A DNA stretch of 63,205 nucleotides, the filler included, from Pelomyxa schiedti (taxonomy: Eukaryota > Protista > Evosea): assembly GCA_020536535.1 (NCBI GenBank). It is 6 parts of 6 records of this genome, joined end to end, with 100 filler letters (N's around TTAATTAATTAA, not from the genome) between each part and the next. Parts side by side here need not be neighbours in the genome. Positions count along the whole stretch, not along the records: positions 1 to 18,469 come from JAHLWZ010001117.1; 5 more parts are not named here. One strand, given 5' to 3'. The notes under the pieces were generated by a model. That model made no database searches and was not told the origin of the DNA. It saw only the letters and a list, made by a program, of their open reading frames with translations. Below, piece after piece: positions 1 to 12,654 of this stretch. The position numbers and the translations under genes were made by a program. Within the stretch, counting starts at the first letter, position 1; the number at the start of each line of letters is the position of its first letter.

Positions 1-69
1 ACGGTCCAAGTAACAGCTTCTTGTTATCTGTTGTTAATTTCTTTTATCCACAACAATGTAGTACACCCA

Positions 70-2423
70 TCAGTGGGGGTCGTCTGTTGACACAGTGAAT
101 TCACAGCCTCCTTGTTTCTCTGACTGAGCCACACTGTGGTAGGTAGGTTGGTCTAGGCAAGGAGCCCCCGCCACATGAACTGGGGGTAAAAGCACTGCAT
201 TCAGCATAGCCACTTTATCACTCAGCGTAGTTTTGGTGTTGTATGCCTTACTATGGATGTGAGTGGTTGTTTGGGACTTATGGACATTTTGGAGGTGAAT
301 TTTGAGAGAGACAATGGCGGAGTAACGTGACGCATAGTTGCTCCAACCACGCCTGTTGTAGGTTGTGCAAAGTGGGCATGTGTACGGTTCGTCCTTCTCG
401 GTTGGCACAAGGGCTTTGGCTGTCTCATATGCTGCTGTTGTATTTTTCGCTGTTGCCTGTGGGCTGATTGGCAGTTTACACTCAGTGGAAGCAGAGTTGC
501 AACGTGCAAGAGGAACGCCGTTGGCATTACATGTCTGTGGCAAGGTGAGAGAATAGCAGAAAGTAGGAACAAATAAATACGCACATTGCCAAGCAGTGTT
601 GATGGTGAAGCACACCCATCCCAACCTTGTTGTTTTCCGGCTGAAGACTGATTTTTGTCGGCTTGCTTGCTTGAGTTCCCCATCTCTGACTGTGGCCCGT
701 CTGCCTCGGGTGATAGAAACATTCCAGTTCCGGGTCTCAGCGCCGCTTTCTCTTTCGAGAGTGGGTCTCCTTCACATTCGGAGCTGTAATAATCTGTGTC
801 ATTTTCTGTTGGCGTGCTCGTTGATTTTGCTTGCAGAGGTTGCTGGTTTTGGCGAGAGCTGCGTTTGCGCTTCTGCGCCGATTTTTGCTGAAATGGTGGA
901 ATGCTACTTCTGTGTACGTCCGCATAGCTTTCGCTGTGTTGGTGTTGGAGGTGGCAGTACAAGCTGGTGAAAGCATTCTTTCTTGATGCATACTCTGACC
1001 AGCCGGACTTTTTGTAGTTTGTGCACAGTGGGCATTTGTAAGGTATATTGCTTTCGAATGGAACAACAGCCTTGGCTTTCTCGTACAGGAGATGATTTGA
1101 CTCGCCTTGATAAGGAATGAAATTTCACCAAAGCAAAAAAAGGGATCATACTCTTCCTCTGGTCATCGTTTTCCTGTGATCCAATGGTGCTTGGTATTTT
1201 GCTCTTGTTATCTTGAATGTAGGCTTGGTTGTTGAATGGTTCCAAAGGGTTGATGTCTACTTCGACATTGTGATCCATGGTGGTCTCAGGCTGTTATTAT
1301 AATTCTCGTTAGACAGTCAAAAATTGATCCCTACTCACCTTTGGGGTTCGTGAGGACGTGACACACTGCAGGGCAGTCGGTGTTGATTGTAATTGATTGC
1401 TTGGAGCAGTTGGGTTCAGAGGGCATTCGTACGGTGTGTTCTTCTCTCTTGGCACAGTATCTCCCCATGTCGTTTCTGAGGGTGAGCATTTGTTGGGTGC
1501 ATCATGCGTTATTCTTGTTCGTGTGTTGGTTGCCATTTCCTCATCTTCAGATTCAGATTCGGTTTCGGTTTCAGAGGTTGTTGTCTCACTGTACAAACTG
1601 TCGTCTGAGTAATATGAGGAATCTGATTCTAATACTGTCACAGGGTGTCTGCGTTTATGAGCCTGTCCGCATTTGCGATGCTGAGAGGACTTGGGTTCAA
1701 ACGGAGGAATGTGACTCCTGCACATGTCCTCGTCTTTGTCAGTGTGCGTTTTGAGGTGGCGGAACAAATTCATAATGGCATGTCCCCTTGATGGGAACCC
1801 TGACCAACCTGGCTTGTTATGACCGTGTGTGCACATCGGGCATTTGTACGGTGTGTGACACTCCACAGGCACTACCGCATTGGCTCTCTCCCACGTGAGG
1901 TTATTCCGTACTCCCCCTGTGAATAACAGTCAATAAGAATGAATGAAACCAACGTAAATACCATTGCTCTTTGCGTTATAATCACATTTCGTGGCGTGAG
2001 TGCTACTGCTGATGGTGCTGTGTTCACGTGTTGTGTGAGCGTGCATGGACATGTGAATACGCAGATACCGGACCGCGCTACNNNNNNNNNNNNNNNNNNN
2101 NNNNNNNNNNNNNNNNNNNNNNNNNNNNNNNNNNNNNNNNNNNNNNNNNNNNNNNNNNNNNNNNNNNNNNNNNNNNNNNNNCCATTGCTCTTTGCGTTAT
2201 AATCACATTTCGTGGCGTGAGTGCTACTGCTGATGGTGCTGTGTTCACGTGTTGTGTGAGCGTGCATGGACATGTGAATACGCAGATACCGGACCGCGCT
2301 ACTTTTGGAGTCGTAGTTGCACCACCCATATGGCCGGCTGTATTGTTCAGTGCAGATCGGGCACTCGTACGGCTCTTCGGGGTTGTCGGGTATGATAGTC
2401 GTGGCAACGCTACGCTTTCCCAT
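70..2423 (-). CDS. Long-spacer C2H2 zinc-finger array gene A (4 intact + 1 truncated fingers, spliced; 3' end approximate)
   Basis: Fingers CPICTEQYSRPYGW...LRIHMSMH, CPMCTHGHNKPGW...LFRHLKTH, truncated PYECPLN, CPLCTNYKKSGW...LYCHLQHQH and CPLCTTYNRRGW...LKIHLQNVH. GT-AG intron about 1962-1918. Spans a 100-N gap with duplicated flanks. Could be two genes. Confidence 0.72.
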
Positions 2424-2733
2424 CTTCCGATGTGTGTTTACAGCGATGGCTTTAAAAGGGGAAAAAACACAGCCAAGATCTACGGATCGATGTTACGTTA
2501 CGCGCAGGGTGTGTAACAGCATTTCATCAGGAAAATCAGACTTTCTGAGAAAGCTCGTCTGATTTCCCGCGTATGAACGGATCAAAATACTTACAGCAAC
2601 ATAATAAAACCCAACACAAACGTGGAAGAGGCGTTCACCACCACAGTGTTTGGTTCTGTATCTCTATTTTGCATAGAAATTAATTGTAATAGATGATAGG
2701 AGAAATCTTTTTTTTTTGTTGTTCCCTTTACAG

Positions 2734-4409
2734 TTAGATGAGGGTGAGTGAGGTCAGTGCCCTACCGGCAGTTGTGGTTGCGACTCAAACAGTTCCACTT
2801 TCACCTCCCACTCTCGAGTGCAACCATTATGGCCATTGTGGAAACTGTCAGGCCAAGACACGTGCACTGGTCCTAGGAAGGGTATTTGGGTTTTGTAGTT
2901 ACGTGCATTTTTACACTGTACACTAAGAAGTAAATACTTTTGGAATCACTGCTTCCAGTGCTTGTTGGTGTTTTTGGTTGCGGTTCTGGCATAATATAAT
3001 TATGTTTATATTTGGTCCGTGGGGAAAGAAAAAGGGAGAATCACATCAGTCCTGATTCCTGGGCATTGGTCGGTTAGACAGACTGAAGATAGTAATTGCA
3101 TGAATACCTTAGGTGATTGCAAGGAGGAAAGGACACACTGTGTAGCACTTGTGTTAATTGCTTCGTTGTGGTGTTATCGTCACGCTGATTTGCTGGGAGT
3201 TCGGTGTCTAGATTTTGTGACGAAGTCAAGGTGTGTGTACATGCAAGTTGCGTTTCATGTTTCGGTTCCTTTCTGATTGTATTCACATGCTCAGCTTCCC
3301 TATGACAACAGCAGCAGGGGCAACACATCCGCTGATACAAGATATCTATATCCTGCTCTCTGACTGCTCCGTTTTGATGTTGGGTCAGATTATTTGGGTG
3401 GCAATGCGGGGTACCCTGCATGCAAAATGGAACCACACCCTCTGTATAAACTGGGGGGGCCATCAGGTACCCTCCCAGCCTCTCCACTTTCTCACTCAGG
3501 GAAGCTTGCCTTCGCCCACGGCGACGATGAGTGCTGGTGTGGGCCTGGAGGTGGGTTTTTAAGTGTACGTGGAGACTGTTTATAGCGGAGAAGCGTGATA
3601 CGAAGTGCGTCCACCCAGGCCTGGAGTAGTTTGTGCACAGTGGGCATGCATAAGCTATGTTCCCATGTCTTGGTACAATCGTACCTGCCGTAAACTTACG
3701 AGGCCTTGTGGTGGGCAATTCACCCTCATCTGACTCAGAGTCGCAGGGTGCAAGTGCCATTATCTGCGGCTCGGCTTTTATAGGACTGGGGCTTGAGGTT
3801 GTCTCTTCTTGTTCATAGTCGGAGCTGGAATCAGAATCGCCTTCCATTGTTGGACTGTGTGTTGAATTCAAATGCGTTTGTTGTTGACTGCGGCCGTGCT
3901 TGTTCTTCGGAGGGAGTTTGGGTGGAATTTGGCTTCTATTCATGTGTTCAACATCATCACCGTGATTTTGAAGGTGATGGAACAAGTTGGTGATGGCATG
4001 ATGCCTCGAAGGGCACTCTGACCATCCCGATTTGTGATAATCTTCGCACATCGGGCATTTGAATGGCGTTTGCTCCTTGATTGGGACTATCGCCTTGGCT
4101 CTCTCCCACGTCGGATTAACGGGTGCCCCTTTTAGTAATATGAGATGAGAATTTCGAGTACGAAAGAATGGCAAACATACACATCTTCTTTGTCACATTG
4201 GTTTGTGTGTGAGAGCTTCTCTCCGTGTCATTCTGGGCGTGGCGTTTCAGATGTGCCTCCAAAAAATGTACAGCACGGTCTCGCGAGTCGTAGTATTGCC
4301 ACCCACTTCTCTTGAAACTCGAGCAAATAGGACAGTTGAAAGGCTCGTCGGCTACGGTTGGCACAACAGACTGCGACAATGCGTTCAGCCTACTCAGATC
4401 TTCTTCCAT
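2734..4409 (-). CDS. Zinc-finger array gene B (3 fingers; 3' end approximate)
   Basis: ORFs 4116-4409 and 3074-4174 joined by a short GT-AG intron (~4179-4132). Fingers CPICSSFKRSGW...HLKRH, CPMCEDYHKSGW...HLQNH and CPLCTNYSRPGW...HLKTH. Confidence 0.75.
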
Positions 4410-4430
4410 TTCTTTCCCGTATGCCTTTCT

Positions 4431-4466
4431 TTTCGAAGATCTGACGCACGTTTAAACGTGACATGC
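4431..4466 (-). promoter_or_regulatory. Conserved upstream motif of zinc-finger genes (gene B copy)
   Basis: + strand TTTCGAAGATCTGACGCACGTTTAAACGTGACATGC, 22-57 nt upstream of the ATG; recurs upstream of genes E and H. Confidence 0.55.
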
Positions 4467-4560
4467 TTGCCGGGCGATGCTGCGGAATTTTGATTTTTTG
4501 ATGACAAGAAAGAGCCGATTTTAAATCTTTCTGCGTAGTGAATGAATCTATTCCTCAGTG

Positions 4561-7500
4561 TCAGACTTGACGAACGCGAGGTGGTCGAGGCAGTTCGGAA
4601 TTTAGTTGTTGTCTGACAGCAGTGCGGTTGGTTCTGATGGTTGCCTTTTGGTATGTTGGTGATGGAGGTACTTCATGGTCACTTGTTGGCTGTGGTGGAT
4701 TGGTGTAACACATCTGATTGGGCTCGGTCTGTCAGTCCCTCAGTGTTAGTTTTTTCACAAGGTGAAACCAATGAATTCCATACCTTTGGAGCCGCCGGAG
4801 AGGAGAGAACAAGAATTTGATCGTTTGGAGAAGTGTTCCCCCCGTGTGGAACGTGTTTCAGTGCCGAGAGTTCTGTGTCGACTTGTCGATAAAGCTCTGG
4901 TAATTTAGTGCGGCCTTCTGGAGTCGGGGGAAAATTGTCTGCATCTACATTTGTTTCATCTCGACGCTATAGTAACAGAAAAGGCACCAGTATTGTAAGT
5001 AAAGAAAAACCAAAAACACATACATTATTAACATCACCAGTGGAGGGCAATGCCATCAGCCCATTTTGTCTCAGTTTCATTTGGGAGTTATCGTTGTGGC
5101 TCTCACACTGTGTTGTGTTTCTAGGAACAGGGACAAACATGATGTTTGCAAAGGTCGTATCCTTCTCCGTAGTTGCGGGTGTCTCAGAATTTGCCAACAC
5201 TGAATTCGGCTCGGAATCTGGATTCATATCATACTCAGACTCAGAGGCAGCAGAGTTCTCCATGTCAGGCTGTGCCTGTGCAGGGAGAACCAACATTGTC
5301 GATCGAGGCCCTGTTACTTTTACAAGTGTTGTTTCATTGTGAGAACTGGAATCTGAGTCGTTAGAGCCAGAATTTGACTCGTAAGAGCTCTCCGGAGTGA
5401 AATTTGGGAATGGTACACTTTGCAGTGCCTGTGAGCTGCTGGATACCAACATTGTCGTTCGAGGAGGTCCTGTCACTTTTACCTCAAGCGTTGGTGTTTC
5501 ATGGTGAGAACTGCAATCAGAGCTTTCACCCTTCCTCTGTGTATCACATTCCGGGGCTGTCGGGCATCTCTGCGTGATGTGTTTCTTTCCAATGTGGGGA
5601 TCCAAATGGCTGCTCAGAGAAGAGATTGCACTGTATGTGGACTCGTGGCAGTATTTTCCACTGTGCTGTTGACAAGAAAGGACTTTGTCATTTGTTGACG
5701 GGTTGGATGGCGGTTCATCCGCATTACCTTTGCCAGCTTTGCGGCTCTAAGCATAGTATTGTTAGGAGTGTCAAGAGTGAAGTGGAGTGAAAATCGAAGT
5801 AAAATGTACATACATTAGCAGGAAGCTGTGAGGAAGAGCCAACGCATGCTGGGCGTATTGCATCTACCAGGCCTGCTAGTGTGTCCTTAGCCGCAGTCTC
5901 GTTGTCACCACAGTAGGAGCCTAACTGAGCCATAATAGGGCTATAGTGCGGCTCCTGTTGTGTCCTATGGGAGAGGCTGAAGTGCAACTGGAGACGGTAA
6001 ACTGCAAGTTTGCGAGTTCCGTATTGATTCCACCCAGGTATTGTGTAATCTGTGCACAGTGGGCATTCATAGGGTGTGTCTTTCTCTGTTGGTACAATAT
6101 CTTCGGAGCTTCCAGAGATCATAAGTGTTCTACCGGGCACACTAAGGGGTGAATTTCCTCCCGGTGCTACAATTTCCAAATTGTTTTCTCTTTCGGACTC
6201 GTAGTTACAGGATTTGCCACTTCCAATCTGATCCTGTTGTATAGAGGTCTCTGCCTCTGGTAACATTTGAGCTCTAAGACTCATCAGTTCCCCCTCCCAG
6301 GGTGTCCCATGATCTGGGCTGGAGTCTGCGTCGTAAGATACGGAATCGGCGGACTGAAAAAAAATCAGACATAGACTAAATAAAATGTAAAATACCTTAG
6401 GAGATGGAAAGGGAGGAACATATTGTGTAACACTTTGTGTTGATTGTAATTGTTTTATATCAAGAATCTTCAGATTTCTGGACGCGCTTTTATTACTCTG
6501 TTGTATTGGGGGTATGATATCCGGGTGTCATATAAGAAAGGGCATACCACTGGCGGTGCTCCCTCCTGCTGGTTTGTAGATGCACTCGCAATCTCAGCAA
6601 CTCTATGGCTATTGTAGCTCATATTGTGATACATAATATCTACAGTATTCTTTCCGAGTGGTCTGCCCTGGAGTTGGGCAAGTTTATCCTCCTGATAGTC
6701 GGTATTGAGTGTGACAGTCCCTGTCCCATTGGGCGGGACCTTTAGCACGGCTCTTAGCATGGCAACTTCATCACTCAGTGTCGTTTGGGTGTTGTAAGTG
6801 TGATTGTGTGCCTTGCTTAGATGATGTTCCAAGTGCCTACGGAGGCTGAGAACGGCACTCTGGCGAGATACAAAGTGGCTCCACCCGAGCTTGGTGTATG
6901 TTGTGCACAGTGGGCAGGTGTAAGGTTTTTCCATCTCCCTTGGAACAATGGCTTTGGCTGTATCATATACGGTTGTATTAGTTACGGTTGACTGTGAGGG
7001 TTCTCTTGGCAATTCGCCCTCGTCTGATGCAGCGGCACTCTGTGGCATGCCGTTGGCATTACTTGTCTGTGGCAAGGTGTGAGAATACTGGAAAGTATTG
7101 CGAAACTAACACGAACCCGAAAATTGCTGCGTGATGATGGAGAAGCATATCTATCCCCACCCTCCCGTGTTGTGGTCAATTGGTGAGACTGAGTACATTG
7201 AGCAATCTCTGTCTCGGTTCCTAACATTACAGGTGTCTCTATTTCATGTTCGGAGCCAAATTCATGGTCTTCTCCCACCGGTGTGCGTGCGCAATTCATC
7301 ACAGGCATTTGTTGTTGGTGTTGATGATGATAATTGCGATTGCGCTTCTGCGCCGATCCAGGCGGAAACGGTGGAATTTGACTTCTGTGTGTGTCTTCAC
7401 CATCTTCGTTGTGGCGCTGGAGGTGCCGGAACAAGTTTGCTACGGCGTTCAGCCTTGACTTGAAACACTGAGACCAGCCGGACTTGTTATAGCTCCTGCA

Positions 7501-7858
7501 AAGCCGGCATTTGTAGGGAGTGTACCCACCGTTTGGAACAATCTCCTTGGCTCGTGCCCACGCGATACGGCTCGGTCGCCCTTTATCAGAAGAAAGTGAT
7601 TACAGGACACACGAAGTTGGTTAACTCACAGTAGACAGCTACTCTGGGTGTCTGGTCGTTTTTTTCTTGCGAGCAAAGGAGAAGGGTGGCCCCGTTGGCC
7701 TTTCGCGTGTGGTGGTCCAAGTGTAGGTAGATAGCATGGACAGCATTGTATCTGGTAGCGTAGTACTCCCAGCCAGGCCTCTCGTAATTTGTGCAAGTTG
7801 GACACTTGTATGGCACCTCTGGGTTTGCTGGTACGACTGACTCGGCCCAAGACCACAT
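4561..7858 (-). CDS. Zinc-finger array gene C (4 fingers, long Ser/acidic tail ending SELPRPPRVRQV*)
   Basis: Fingers in ORF 7586-7858, at ~7560-7420 (CRLCRSYNKSGW...LFRHLQRH), and in ORFs 6470-7075 and 5724-6284. C-terminal peptide shared with gene G. Confidence 0.7.
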
Positions 7859-8321
7859 CGTCGTGGTATTTTCCCCTTAATTCTTGGGTGAGGATCGGGC
7901 CGCAATCTCGTCCTTGTCGTAGTAGAACCCAACCGTTGTTGGCCTCTTGATTATATTTCGTGAATAACTTTGTGACCATAAAAAGGGCAGATTTTGATCA
8001 TTAGTCTAAAGTGAGATGGTGATAAAACAAACTCTTAGATTAAGCAGTCCTGGACAAGTGTGATGTGGAATTGTTTGTAGCACGCCTATCTACAAACAGC
8101 CTGGTTGTTTTGTGGTTCATTTGGTCTGAAGATTACTTCAACCTTTGGATCCGTGGCACTGGTCTTTTGGCACATAATGGCATTGTTAGAAGTTCAACGG
8201 ATGTAAACTGTTGATGTAGACTGGACTGTATTATCCGGATCCGCTTATGTGGTTGAGGAGGATTGAGTTCCGGCTGTTTTGCATTGTCTGTTGGGCTGGC
8301 ACTCGTCGTTGGTGTTGATGG

Positions 8322-8790
8322 CAACCGAGTATCGAGGTCAAACTCAACCCAATGTAGTGTTCTCTCCCAATTGCTAGGGAATTGCTTCTTGGCAAAGTAC
8401 TTATCAGATCCGTTTTACTGCATGAACTGTGATTTCAGCGGCTTCATTGCTTTGCGGTTCATAAGCAATGACGGTTACTTTCTGTATTCCCCAAGCGCGG
8501 TAGAATTCGGCATTCAGTTCACTGATGAATGACTTGTCTCGATCGCTAAGAAGGTTCGTTGGACATTCTTGAGTACGAATCCATGTCTTTTGTCTATTGT
8601 TCGCAGTACAGTTGGTACTTCTCGATTCTTCAATGCTTTCAACCTCACCAATCTTGAGTGTAGATCGACCATGAGCAGCACACATGTGTCTGTCTGAGGG
8701 TACTGGTGGGAAGAAGAAATCCATAGTTACCTATTCTCCTGGGAAGGGTGCTATGAGATTCTTTGGTTCAAAGGATGGCTTGTAGCTTTG
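8322..8790 (-). mobile_element. Frameshifted retroviral-type (rve/DDE) integrase core relic (Ty3/Gypsy or Ginger/TDD-like)
   Basis: Reading across frameshifts: APFPGE*VTMDFFFP / CVLLMVDLHSRLVRLKALKNREVPTVLRTI / WIRTQECPTNLLSDRDKSFISEL...WGIQKVTVIAYEPQSNEAAEITVHAVK / NWERTLHWVEFDLDT. This matches the D..D(35)E layout and the YxPQSNG motif of integrases. Confidence 0.85.
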
Positions 8791-9401
8791 AATTGCGTCA
8801 AATCAAAGTTCAGTAATAAGTGAATAGGTTTTATTTTTGTATTATAATCGTGCTGTGGGTTTTTGTTGTGCCTGTGACGTACCCTTGTTGTGGATTGAAT
8901 CTATTGTTTGGGAGCAGTGGTGTTCAGCCAGAATTCTGGCACAACTTCTTTTTTTTCTGAGCATTTGNNNNNNNNNNNNNNNNNNNNNNNNNNNNNNNNN
9001 NNNNNNNNNNNNNNNNNNNNNNNNNNNNNNNNNNNNNNNNNNNNNNNNNNNNNNNNNNNNNNNNNNNATCGTGCTGTGGGTTTTTGTTGTGCCTGTGACG
9101 TACCCTTGTTGTGGATTGAATCTATTGTTTGGGAGCAGTGGTGTTCAGCCAGAATTCTGGCACAACTTCTTTTTTTTCTGAGCATTTGATTCTCGTCTCC
9201 AATATATATTCACAACCCCCTTCCAAAGAGTGAAACGCTCAGCCCTGATGAGCGTGATCTGATCGAGGCCCTTCAGAATCGTGGACCGGTTGTATGCCGG
9301 CACTGTTTGCCTTTAGGTCCGGTTCCTGTGTTGGGTTGGCTACTTGTATCTTTTGGTAGATGCTGCAACTTGTCTATTTAATACCGTAAAAACAAATGGG
9401 A

Positions 9402-10751
9402 TCAAAGGCATACCGTGGGGGCGGTTTCTGGGTTGATATATCTGCGCACCAATTTCCGTTTGTGTGGTTGATGAGGAGGCTTCAGCTCCAAATTCACCTG
9501 TTTTATGTTGTCTGTTGAACCACCTTTGCTGCTCTGTTTAAATTGTAGAGAGGGAAGGAGCGAGGAAAAACCAAAATGCACGTCTACATTAGCGCGACGC
9601 TGTGAAGAAGAGGGAGCACATACCGCAGATACATTCATATCCTCCGTATCTTCACAGCAGTAGTACTTTGTTTGGGCACTGTGATTGTGTGTGATCGCGG
9701 GGTGTCTTCCAAGGTGCTTGTGGAGACCATTAACGGCACGCTCGCGAGACATGTAATATTTCCATCCAGGCCTTCTGTAATTTGGGCACAGTGGGCACGC
9801 ATAGGGTGCACCCATCTTCCTTGGTACAATGGTGTTAGCTCTCCTCCATGTAGAAGCTGTGGGTTGGAATCTTCCGGGCACATTGTGAGACACATTGCTT
9901 TCAGGGGCATTTGTTGTCAATTTGGTTTCCTCTTCGGACTCGGAGTCAGGTTCAGAGTCACAGGATTCACTGAGTTCAGGACTTTCAGTTGGATCAGGTT
10001 CCAATGAGCTCTCTGTCTCTGGTACTGACATTCGAGCTTTGAGCCGCATAACTTTCTTCTTCAACAATGGTGTTGTTGCCTCATAATCCGAGCTGGGGTC
10101 TGAGTCATCGGAACCGGATTCTGATTCCTCCTGAGTCCTTGAATACCTCGATTTACAAGCCCGTTTGTGTCTCTGTGGTTGACAACGGCTGCGTTTGCAT
10201 TTCTTAGGTGAGGATTTGAGTGGAAAAGGATGGATGTGACTTCTGCCCGCGTCCGCGTAGTGAAGTGAAAGGATGTGGTGGAACAACCCCGTGGTGGCGT
10301 TATTCCTCGATGAGTACTGTGACCAGCCGGAATGCCTGTTATAGTTTGTGCATAGCGGACATTTGTATGGTTTACGACACTGTAACGGTACAATGGTCTT
10401 GGCTCTCTCCCACGCCATGTGACTTGGTTGCCCTTTTGATTTAAGAAATGAAAGACGTGGGGCATGCGTACCCACACCTTCCTCCTCCGTGTGCGTGTCA
10501 TCGCATTTACGTTCATTTACGGCGGTGTCGCTTCCATTGTGATGAGATCGGCGTATCTCAATCTTTCCGTCTTCTCCGTGCCAGATGTGGTTATCGTACA
10601 CATGCTCTGTCATACAATTGACCGCCCGATCTCTTGTCTCTTGGCCTCGCCACCCCGCGTTCTTGTTCTTTGAGCAAAATGGGCACTCGTATGGCACATC
10701 AGGGTCATTGGGAACAATAGAGGCTGCAACTTTCCATGCCAACACCAACAT
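9402..10751 (-). CDS. Zinc-finger array gene D (3 fingers; tail may extend toward ~8130)
   Basis: ORF 9402-10754 with CPFCSKNKNAGW...EHVYDNH, CPLCTNYNRHSGW...HHILSLH and CPLCPNYRRPGW...HKHLGRH, plus basic and acidic linkers. Confidence 0.75.
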   Translation of the reverse strand: MLVLAWKVAASIVPNDPDVPYECPFCSKNKNAGWRGQETRDRAVNCMTEHVYDNHIWHGEDGKIEIRRSHHNGSDTAVNERKCDDTHTEEEGVGTHAPRLSFLKSKGQPSHMAWERAKTIVPLQCRKPYKCPLCTNYNRHSGWSQYSSRNNATTGLFHHILSLHYADAGRSHIHPFPLKSSPKKCKRSRCQPQRHKRACKSRYSRTQEESESGSDDSDPSSDYEATTPLLKKKVMRLKARMSVPETESSLEPDPTESPELSESCDSEPDSESEEETKLTTNAPESNVSHNVPGRFQPTASTWRRANTIVPRKMGAPYACPLCPNYRRPGWKYYMSRERAVNGLHKHLGRHPAITHNHSAQTKYYCCEDTEDMNVSAVCAPSSSQRRANVDVHFGFSSLLPSLQFKQSSKGGSTDNIKQVNLELKPPHQPHKRKLVRRYINPETAPTVCL

Positions 10752-10814
10752 CACCTTGTGACAGAGATGAAGATCTCGTAGTACACTCTGGGGTTTGTTA
10801 TTGTTTATGTGAGG

Positions 10815-12328
10815 TTATGTTTTTGTCGGGCAAACAAAAAATGACACATTGCATACAGCCAAATTATTTACATTATAAGTCCTTATGACGATGAGATGGA
10901 GATGACTGAGGTAGTTCAGGTCTGTGGAACGTCTACCACTGATGTAATTTCGTGGGTAGCTGGTGTTTTGGTGCCTATTGCGGCAGAACAAAATGTTAGG
11001 TTGGCCAAATAGAGAGGTGTGTACCTTGGGTGATTGCGAGGAAGTGTCCCTAGAATGCATCTGTGTTGGGAGAGCTAAGGGAGCACATGACAGTGATGGT
11101 TCATCCTTTTGCTTCTCGGGTGTACTGGCATTGTCAGCTTCATTATGGCCACATAAACAGCAGCTGCTGCTACTGCAAGCCCTCATGTGCTGATACAAGA
11201 TATCTACAGCCTCTCTTACTGAAACGTTCTGATGTTCTTGCTTCTTCGGGCAGTAATGTGTGCCACTCTGCAAGCAACCAGGGGCAGCACCCTCTGTATA
11301 AACTGGGGCTGTCAGAGCTGCTGTGAGCATCACCAATTTGTCACTGAGTGTAGTGGGGGTGCTGTGGTCGTGGTGGTGATTGTGATTGTGACTGCGAGTG
11401 GACGCCTTGGTATGTCGCGTATGGCTTAGAAGGTGTACGTTGAGACTGGATATGGCGCAGCTGCGGGATACAAAGTGATTCCACCCGGGCCTGTTGTAAT
11501 TTGTGCAAAGTGGGCATCTGTAAGGTTCGTCCCCCCGCCTTGGTACAATGTAGTTAGCTGAAGTACGCGGAGTCCTTGGTGTGGCTGCCAATTCACCTTC
11601 ACTCGATTCAGAGTCGCAGGGTCCGGGTGATATCTGTGGGGAGGTGAGAATACTGGAAAGGTGGAGCAAACGACGCACATTCTCTCCCTGTGCTTGTGTC
11701 TCTGCTTCAGATGTCATGGAGCTCGAGGTTTGTGTATTTTCTTGTTCATAGTCCGAGCTGGAATCAGAGTCGTCTTCCGTTGGTGGGTTCGGTGTTCGTT
11801 GTTGACTGCAGCTCCGCTTGTTTTTCTGAGGGTGTTTGGGTGGAATGTCACTTCTGTCTGGCCCCTCGCCATTTTCGCGATGGTTCTGGAGGTGACGGAA
11901 TAAGTTGGTGATGGCATTAGCCCGTGATGGGCACTCTGATGACCAGCCCGACTTGTTATAGCTTGAGCAAAGCGGACATTTGTACGGCGTGTGCCCGTCT
12001 GTTGGGACACTCTCTTCGGCTCTCTCCCACATTATACTCTTGGGTGCCCCTTTCATTAGTATGAGTTAGATGATAGTATTTCGAGCGTAAAGAAGAAGAG
12101 ATCTGAAATACCCGTCCTCTCTGTGGCATCGGTTTCTTGTCTACGAGAGTATCTGTCCGTGTAATTCGGCGTGTGCTTGTTCAAGTGTACCTGCAAAAAC
12201 CGGACAGCACGGTCTCGCGAGTCGTAGTATTGCCACCCACTTCTACGGAAGCGTTTACAGATCGGACAATTGAAAGGCTCATCGCTGCTGCTTGGCACAA
12301 TCGACTTGGCACACGAGCATGAACTCAT
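10815..12328 (-). CDS. Zinc-finger array gene E (3 fingers; closest to gene B; 3' end approximate)
   Basis: ORFs 12056-12328 and 10815-12056 joined by a GT-AG intron. First finger shares GWQYYDSRDRAV with gene B. Confidence 0.77.
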
Positions 12329-12370
12329 CCCCCTTTATTCAAGTGTCTGTTTCTTCCCGTGTATGGATCG

Positions 12371-12409
12371 TCAGATCTGACGCGGTTAAACGTGACACGC
12401 AGGGAAACG
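12371..12409 (-). promoter_or_regulatory. Conserved upstream motif (gene E copy)
   Basis: TCAGATCTGACGCGGTTAAACGTGACACGCAGGGAAACG. Confidence 0.55.
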
Positions 12410-12654
12410 GGTGTCATTCCAAAAAAATCGAAGGGGTGTTGACACAAAACAAAGTTGGTGCAAGAAAAACCGACAATGACGAAAATTACAGTGTTCCGGT
12501 CCTTTGATTATTTTATTCACCAGCCAGTTCACCTTTCTTCTCTGTCCCACGATCAACACTTGTATTCCTTCAAAAGGCCAGTACCACTGTTGGTGGGTTG
12601 GTGTGCAAAGTGCCTGGGTGATTCGAGAAAAAGACATGTTACATTCACACGGTG

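Noticed and set aside
1961-2301. ~100-120 bp exact direct repeats flanking 100-N gaps (also at 8968, 21069, 23021, 26845, 40884, 44614)
   Set aside because: Unmerged contig overlaps from scaffolding, not LTRs or target-site duplications.
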